DNA of 23,836 nucleotides, from NCBI GenBank assembly GCA_037381445.1, contig JARRQT010000035.1:1-23836 (forward strand), read 5' to 3'. The DNA comes from Calditrichia bacterium (lineage in GTDB: Bacteria; Calditrichota; Calditrichia; RBG-13-44-9). The position numbers and the translations under genes are program-made. The notes below the pieces were generated by a model that had not been told where the DNA came from, did no database searches, and saw only the letters and a program-made list of their open reading frames with translations. Positions 18,030-23,836 of this stretch are shown here, in pieces. Positions within the stretch are counted from its first letter, which is position 1, and every line of letters starts with the position of its first letter.

Positions 18030-20051
18030 CTATTTTCTTTTCAATTTAAATTTTAATACGGTCAACGGGCCGAAAATCAACAGGATATTCAGCAGGAAGG
18101 TGAGCGAGGCGGAAGCCACCGGTTCTCCGGTTTGGATGGTAGCAGCCGCTGAACCGCAGCAACCGCCGCCATTTGTGGTACCATCGACCCGGAAGGTATA
18201 GAAACGCGACTCGGCGTAATTGCCGTCGGTGTCCCGGGCAAAGATTTTATATTCCACCGAACTGCCCTTTTTAGCGCCGGGAATGTTCGTCTTATAAACA
18301 TACGGTTTATCCGTGGTGAGTGTCAGCGTATCGCGGGAATTTGTAGTGCCCGAAATCCGGTAGAAAAGTTTTCCCACGGTAATGGTATCGTTATCGACTA
18401 TTGAAGCCTCTACCGGATAAGGGCCTGTTTCATCACTGGTATCGAAAGGTTTTTCAATGACAGCAATCAGAGGATTATCAGAAAGAGAATTGTTTACGTT
18501 CAGACGCCCGTCCAGAAGCACTTTGTTCTCCAAATTTCGCACATAATCAACCGCGCCAAAGAGGCGGTATTTGACAATAGCTTGATTGACATCGGGCAAG
18601 AATCCGGCCCAGACCAGTGCTGCCGCTCCCGCAACATGGGGCGTCGCCATGGAAGTACCGCTCAAATATTGGTAGCCGCCGGGCACGGTGCTGTATATAT
18701 TGACTCCCGGTGCGGATAAATCAACGGTGGTGGCGCCATAATTGGAAAAATTCGCCAATTCATCCCGATTGTCGGTTGCTGCCACGGCGATCACATTTTC
18801 CACATCATAGTTCGAGGGGTAACTGGGACTATTATCATTATCCGAGGATTCATTGCCGGCCGCCGCGATAAAAAGCGCTCCTTTATCATTGGCATACTCA
18901 ATCGCTTCCTTGAGGGCCTGCGAACTGCCGCCCCCTCCCCAGCTGTTGCTCATGATATTGGCTCCGTTATCTGCTGCATAAATAATTGCTTTGATTGCAT
19001 TGGAAGTGGAGCCCGAACCGCCGGAGTTCAAGAACTTGAGGGGCATTAAGGTGACCACCCAGTTCACTCCAACAACTCCGATGCCATTATTCCCCAGCGC
19101 CCCGATGGTGCCGGCACAATGGGTACCATGCCTGTTATCATCCATGGGATCGGAATCATTATTGACGAAATCCCATCCCAGGTAATCGTCGATAAATCCG
19201 TTCAGGTCATCATCCTGGCCGTTGTTTGGGATTTCACCCTGGTTGACCCACATATTCCCAATCAGGTCCGGATGAGTATAGTCGATTCCGGTGTCAATGA
19301 CAGAAACAATAACTGCCTTCTTCCCCTTCTCCCGGTCCCATGCTTCCGGGGCGTCGATATCGGCATCAAACTGTCCCCCGTTCTGGCCTTCGTTGTTCAA
19401 TCCCCAAAGTTTATTGAAATCCGGATCATTGGGAATTTCCAGCGCGTGAAGAATATAGTTTGGTTCCGCATATTCCACATTCGGGTCAGCTCGCAAGGAG
19501 GTCAGCACTTCGCCGACTGTCCGGGTGGATACGATTTGGTATACTTCGATATTCAATTGGGGAATCTGAGCAATAGCCTGAATCCCCACCTTTTGTGCCA
19601 GGGCCGATACGGCCCCTTGCGGTCTGCTTTCCCTGAACTTGACAATAACCTCATTCGGAACAGAATCAATTGAAGTTACTTTATAAAATGGTTGAACTTC
19701 TGCGAGTGTATCCAGGTCTCCGGAGCCCGCCTTCTCTTGCAGGACCGTCCTTACGATTCTCACCTTTTCCGCGCGCGGATTTAATACAGGTTGAACATTG
19801 TCCACAAAATCATATTCCCTGAGCGTCCGGACAATTTTCCAAAACTGTGCCGGCTCGGTAACTGCAAAATTGAATATTTCCGAATCCATGTTCCCGGAAA
19901 TTTTTGTGATATTAAGCTGACTTTCCAAATCCCCAATCTGCCGAAGCGTCGGAACCTGTTTAAACTTAACATTTATATTGAATTCAGACCCCAATCCCAA
20001 ACTCACCACGGTTCCTAAAAAAAGAATGACCAGGAAATAAACCTTCTTCAT
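18030..20051 (-). CDS. Secreted, membrane-anchored S8 (subtilisin-family) serine protease
   Basis: Catalytic triad motifs [14 protein letters not shown] and [11 protein letters not shown], and oxyanion AAGN. A signal peptide begins at MKKVYF (ATG 20051), followed by a prodomain ending in VEYAEPNY, and the protein ends in a hydrophobic helix plus KFKLKRK. The track's longer start (20228) runs through a terminator and promoter. Confidence 0.95.
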   Translation of the reverse strand: MKKVYFLVILFLGTVVSLGLGSEFNINVKFKQVPTLRQIGDLESQLNITKISGNMDSEIFNFAVTEPAQFWKIVRTLREYDFVDNVQPVLNPRAEKVRIVRTVLQEKAGSGDLDTLAEVQPFYKVTSIDSVPNEVIVKFRESRPQGAVSALAQKVGIQAIAQIPQLNIEVYQIVSTRTVGEVLTSLRADPNVEYAEPNYILHALEIPNDPDFNKLWGLNNEGQNGGQFDADIDAPEAWDREKGKKAVIVSVIDTGIDYTHPDLIGNMWVNQGEIPNNGQDDDLNGFIDDYLGWDFVNNDSDPMDDNRHGTHCAGTIGALGNNGIGVVGVNWVVTLMPLKFLNSGGSGSTSNAIKAIIYAADNGANIMSNSWGGGGSSQALKEAIEYANDKGALFIAAAGNESSDNDNSPSYPSNYDVENVIAVAATDNRDELANFSNYGATTVDLSAPGVNIYSTVPGGYQYLSGTSMATPHVAGAAALVWAGFLPDVNQAIVKYRLFGAVDYVRNLENKVLLDGRLNVNNSLSDNPLIAVIEKPFDTSDETGPYPVEASIVDNDTITVGKLFYRISGTTNSRDTLTLTTDKPYVYKTNIPGAKKGSSVEYKIFARDTDGNYAESRFYTFRVDGTTNGGGCCGSAAATIQTGEPVASASLTFLLNILLIFGPLTVLKFKLKRK

Positions 20052-20118
20052 GGCAGCCCCCAGGCTTTTATTCCCCTGTTGTCCTTCCTGGATTGATTTT
20101 CCCGAATGGATTTTGTAA

Positions 20119-20147
20119 AGTTTAGCAAAGAATAGATTTATGTGCAA
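20119..20147 (-). promoter_or_regulatory. Candidate sigma70 promoter for the S8 protease-GDPD unit
   Basis: On the - strand, TTGCAC (20147-20142), a 17 bp spacer, then TAAACT (20124-20119) with extended -10 TGn. Confidence 0.5.
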
Positions 20148-20188
20148 GGAAAAAGGCGTGTAATTGGGAAAAAGCAAGATGAAGGAAC

Positions 20189-20217
20189 AAAAAACCCCGG
20201 CCGAAATTGACCGGGGT
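20189..20217 (-). terminator. Rho-independent terminator after the TolB-like gene
   Basis: On the - strand, the GC-rich hairpin ACCCCGGTC-aatttc-GGCCGGGGT runs into a T tract about 25 bp after the stop at 20241. Confidence 0.85.
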
Positions 20218-20240
20218 CTCGGTTCCAAATTTTCAATAGT

Positions 20241-21551
20241 CTATTTGCCCAGCAAATTATCCAGACGTGCTATCAGCTCCTGGACCGTCGGCTCACTGAC
20301 AGTCTCCAGATTGACCAAAAAGATATCATAGTTGCCGCCACGATTTGAATTGAATGCAATTAAATTACCGTCTGGAGAATAGGCCGGATCGGTATCTTTG
20401 GCGGGATTAAATGTCAGCCGTTCTATCTCCCCGCCATTCAGTTTTGCACGATAGATGTCATAATTGTCACCGGCATCGCTGAAAAAAGCAAAATATTGTG
20501 AATCAGGCGATACAAACGGACCAACTTCGTTGACCCCGGGTTCTCCCAAAATCATAACGGGATTACTTCCATCCGCTTTCATGCGGTAGATATCATAAGA
20601 ACCGGTGCGGTTGGAGTGGAAGAAAATGCTCTTGTCATCCATTCCAAAACAGGGGCCACCGTCATTTGCCGAATCCTTTGTCAGGCGGATGTGGAAGGCG
20701 CCGTCATTGTCCATCAAATAGATATCGCTCTGTTTTTCCGTATAGGGAACACTGCGCAGATCACTGCGCTCGGAAACAAAAACGATTTTTGAACCGGAAT
20801 GGCTGAAGCGGGGCAGCCAGTCGTCGGCGACAGTCTCGGTCAGGTTCCGCACAAATCCGGACTGCAGATCCTTTTGATAGATTTCACGGACCTTGAATTT
20901 ATCATCGATGGGACGGCGGTCATCCGCATTGGATGAATAAATAATTTTTGTTCCGTCCGGACTGTAACAGGGCAATTCTTCGTCCGCCGGAGAATCCGTT
21001 ATGTATTTGACTTCGCCGCTGCTCAAATCTCTTTCCGCAATATCCCAGTTCCCCTTTTCATGGGTCTGATAGGCAATCTTTTTCCCATCCGGTGAAAAAC
21101 AAGGGAATGCCTCATCTGCTGCATTATCCGTAACCTGCTGAATGGCGAAATTCCCACCCAGATATTTCCCGATCTCAGGCGTATATGAATTTGCGTCAGG
21201 AGATTTTAATACACTCAGGAAAGCCCGGTAGGCCGGCATATTTTCGCCACGCTGGATCATCAATTTTCCATATTCAAACTGAACTTCGGTCTGCTGCGGA
21301 TCCTGCTCAATAATGGATTTCATGAGTGGCAGCGCCCTGTCTTCGGTGCCCATCCGGAGATATTCTTTATACAAATCTTCCTTTGCCTGAATGTCATTCG
21401 GATTTTTTTGAACATAATTCTCAAGATAGGCAACCCGCTCCTGAGGAGACATATTGGCGAGCTCCTCCTGGGAGAGTTTCCTGGTTCCGCCGCACTGAAT
21501 AAGAAATAGGGAAAAAGCAAACGTCAGAGAAAGAAGTATGATTCTTTTCAT
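20241..21551 (-). CDS. Lipoprotein with N-terminal TPR repeats and a TolB-like (PD40) beta-propeller
   Basis: GGAGA RBS before ATG 21551 and lipobox FLIQC. TPR-like helices are followed by six PD40-type blades (P.FSPDGKKIAY, P.YSPDGTKIIY, PRFSHSG, PCFGMDD, PFVSPDS, PAYSPDG) with recurring G.YDIY motifs. Confidence 0.87.
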   Translation of the reverse strand: MKRIILLSLTFAFSLFLIQCGGTRKLSQEELANMSPQERVAYLENYVQKNPNDIQAKEDLYKEYLRMGTEDRALPLMKSIIEQDPQQTEVQFEYGKLMIQRGENMPAYRAFLSVLKSPDANSYTPEIGKYLGGNFAIQQVTDNAADEAFPCFSPDGKKIAYQTHEKGNWDIAERDLSSGEVKYITDSPADEELPCYSPDGTKIIYSSNADDRRPIDDKFKVREIYQKDLQSGFVRNLTETVADDWLPRFSHSGSKIVFVSERSDLRSVPYTEKQSDIYLMDNDGAFHIRLTKDSANDGGPCFGMDDKSIFFHSNRTGSYDIYRMKADGSNPVMILGEPGVNEVGPFVSPDSQYFAFFSDAGDNYDIYRAKLNGGEIERLTFNPAKDTDPAYSPDGNLIAFNSNRGGNYDIFLVNLETVSEPTVQELIARLDNLLGK

Positions 21552-21641
21552 CCGATCTCCTTCAATATTAAAATAAATCCAATATACAGAATTTTGCCAT
21601 TTCATGGCAATTTATTCTTTAAAAGAAAATGTATCGCGCAA

Positions 21642-23836
21642 TCAACCACTGTTTTTCAGCTGCTCAATTTTTTTCTGGGCTTCCCTCTTCAATTCCACCA
21701 TAATTCCCGGGCGGTTTACAATCTCCTGATACATGCGGATGGCATCATCATTTTTGCCCATCTTTTCATACGCCTGGCCGGAATAGTAAAGCGCACTTGC
21801 TTCCCACTGTAATTTGGTCTGTTTGGATAAAAGGGGAATTTTGACAAATTCCCGAATGGCATTCTCATATTGACCGGCATTAAAATAGGCCTGTCCGATA
21901 TAGAACTGCACCTCCGGCTCCTGCTCGCTGTTTGCCTGAAATTTCAGGGCTTTGAGATAATCTACCGCCTCGGAATAGCGGTTCAGATTAATAAGCGCGG
22001 ACCCGACCAGGATTTTTTTATCGATCACATCTTCGGCATTAGGGAAAGAAGCTATGTAATCCCGCGCCTGGCTCAAAACGCCGTCCCACAGGCCAAGGTC
22101 CTGATAGACTTTAATCAGATTTGACAGCGCAGTCTTTTTGGTGGCGGGGTCCTTTGCGGATTCAACCGCCCGTTTGAAGGCGCCCATCGCAAGATCTCGC
22201 TTATCGCTGCGATAAAAAAGAGTTCCCAGGGTGATGAAATTATTCGACAGCAAAGTGCTGTTGGGATACTTTTCCACAAATTTGGAAAGGATATCCTGCG
22301 CCTTCTCCACCTTATTCAACGTTGTGTAAGTCAAACCGAGATAATATTCGGCGTCATCGGCAAGATCGGTTTTTTTATACTTTCCGGTCACCCTCTCAAA
22401 CTTTTTGATGGCCGCATCAAAATTTTTATTCCGATAATCATATTTTCCGATCTCGAATTGAAAACTGGCCAGATAGTTATCCACGTTTGGCTCTTTCTTA
22501 AATTCTTTTTCGAAGAGGGGGAGCTTTTTATCAAACAGTTTAAGCTTACCCTGGTTAATGAGGCAAATCAATTCCCGGCCGCTGTAATGAATTTTCTGCT
22601 GTAAATCAGTAGTTTTTGCTGAGAGTTTTTCATATGAAATCTGCGCATTATCGAAATCCTGATTGTTAAAGTATATATCGGCACTTTTTGCCATGGCTTG
22701 AATGAAAAACGGAGAATTTTCATTCCGGGTAATCAGTTTCAGGTGCAGCAGGGCCGAGGCATTGTCACCGCTCTGCGATGCCACGTCCGCCAGCAGAAAC
22801 AAGGTCTCATCCCGATATGTTTTTTCGGGACTGTCATAGAGGTATTCAAGCAGCAGAGTACGGGCTTCATCCAACTGATCCAATTGATAATGCGACTTGC
22901 CGGCAAAGAAATAGAAGGTCGGCTGATGCATCATCTCCAAATTCTTTAAGACAAGATCATCGCTATTTTTTCGTCCCACATAGGGTTTGACATAAGCCAG
23001 TGCCGATTGATAATCTCCGGCCAGCAGGTAGACTTCCGGGATTCGCACCATAGCTTCGGCGGCGGCAGTGGAATAATTATATTGTTCCTGCAACCTGGCC
23101 CATAGCTGCGAGGCGCTTTTATAATCGCCCTGTGTTTCACTGATCCCGGCGAGCCGGGCAAATGCTTTTGCCCGCAGCGGATGCACCTGAATGTTCAGAA
23201 GGAAATCTTTCAGATATTCGGAAGCTTTCGCCAGATCGTTCTGCCGGAAATAGATGTCGGCAATTTTGAAATATGTCGTGCCGGCCAGATCCGGATTCGC
23301 AGATCCCTTCACCGCATTCAGTTGGATCAGCGCATTTTGCGCGTCTGCCGCCTGCAGATTTAGATCCGCCAAAATGAGGCGGGCCTTATCCGCCAAACGG
23401 GAATCGGGATAACTGGACACAAAATGATTCCAGAATTTTATTTTTTTAGCCAGAGGAATTTGCTCAGCAGAATGTTCGCTGGTGGTTTCCTCCAGAAATG
23501 CATAGGAGAGACTGTCCTTTTCGGGTATCGCATTGAGATAACCCATGGCATCCTTAAGCGCTGTCTCGGCTTTGGCAGTATTTGACGAATTCTTCTCTCC
23601 CCTGAATTCTTCTAATGCGGCCAGACGCTGGTAGCTTTTTCCCATCAGAAAATAGGCCTGTCCCACCAGTGAGGAATCGGTATTTCCGGCGATAACAGAC
23701 TCACAAATACGGATCGTTTCGGGAATGTCCTTCAACTGCTCCAGGTAGATATGGGCCAGTTCCAGTTTCAGCCGCTGAACGTTCTCCTGTGCCAGAACGC
23801 GGCCGATCAGACGGGCCAGTTTATTGACCCCCACAT
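21642..23836 (-). CDS. Large tetratricopeptide-repeat protein (CpoB/BamD-like repeats), 5' end outside the window
   Basis: An open frame of at least 730 aa runs to the window edge. It has many TPR units of the YP.S..A..A.Y.LG type (SYPDSRLADKARL, KYKKTDLADDAEYYLG, KYPNSTLL). Confidence 0.85.
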   Translation of the reverse strand, partial: VGVNKLARLIGRVLAQENVQRLKLELAHIYLEQLKDIPETIRICESVIAGNTDSSLVGQAYFLMGKSYQRLAALEEFRGEKNSSNTAKAETALKDAMGYLNAIPEKDSLSYAFLEETTSEHSAEQIPLAKKIKFWNHFVSSYPDSRLADKARLILADLNLQAADAQNALIQLNAVKGSANPDLAGTTYFKIADIYFRQNDLAKASEYLKDFLLNIQVHPLRAKAFARLAGISETQGDYKSASQLWARLQEQYNYSTAAAEAMVRIPEVYLLAGDYQSALAYVKPYVGRKNSDDLVLKNLEMMHQPTFYFFAGKSHYQLDQLDEARTLLLEYLYDSPEKTYRDETLFLLADVASQSGDNASALLHLKLITRNENSPFFIQAMAKSADIYFNNQDFDNAQISYEKLSAKTTDLQQKIHYSGRELICLINQGKLKLFDKKLPLFEKEFKKEPNVDNYLASFQFEIGKYDYRNKNFDAAIKKFERVTGKYKKTDLADDAEYYLGLTYTTLNKVEKAQDILSKFVEKYPNSTLLSNNFITLGTLFYRSDKRDLAMGAFKRAVESAKDPATKKTALSNLIKVYQDLGLWDGVLSQARDYIASFPNAEDVIDKKILVGSALINLNRYSEAVDYLKALKFQANSEQEPEVQFYIGQAYFNAGQYENAIREFVKIPLLSKQTKLQWEASALYYSGQAYEKMGKNDDAIRMYQEIVNRPGIMVELKREAQKKIEQLKNSG

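Noticed and set aside
20052..20228. 59 aa N-terminal extension of the S8 protease in the ORF track
   Set aside because: It spans the upstream terminator and a good promoter, and the signal peptide starts at ATG 20051.
1..23836. Mobile element, prophage, CRISPR array, tRNA or rRNA
   Set aside because: I saw no transposase, integrase or phage ORFs, no repeat-spacer periodicity and no tRNA cloverleaf signatures in the short intergenic gaps. The TA-like pair has no evident flanking repeats.

Overview
This is a gene-dense bacterial chromosomal window with 17 supported CDSs. The protein styles (diderm envelope proteins, xQC lipoboxes, long TPR proteins) suggest an FCB-related lineage such as Calditrichota or KSB1, but that is inference only. 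In order, it holds a + strand tripartite RND efflux operon (TolC-type OMF, MFP, AcrB-type permease) and a convergent AGCS/AlsT Na+:alanine/glycine symporter. Next is a tightly coupled - strand four-gene unit: AbrB/MazE-type regulator, PIN domain, YqeC-like, YqeB-like. A - strand run follows (uvrB, secreted TPR protein, purD, NDP-sugar epimerase), then a divergent GNAT acetyltransferase. The last block, on the - strand, encodes a large TPR protein (truncated by the window edge), a TPR/TolB-like beta-propeller lipoprotein, a subtilisin-family S8 protease with a Cys-containing C-terminal anchor, and a GDPD-family phosphodiesterase. I saw no rRNA, tRNA, CRISPR array or mobile element. The most unusual item is the 7324-9616 unit. 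A vapBC-like pair is coupled to homologues of the selenium-dependent molybdenum hydroxylase accessory proteins YqeC and YqeB, and the PIN, YqeC-like and YqeB-like proteins all appear to have lost hallmark motif residues while keeping intact reading frames. All family assignments come from motif recognition by eye, with no database search.
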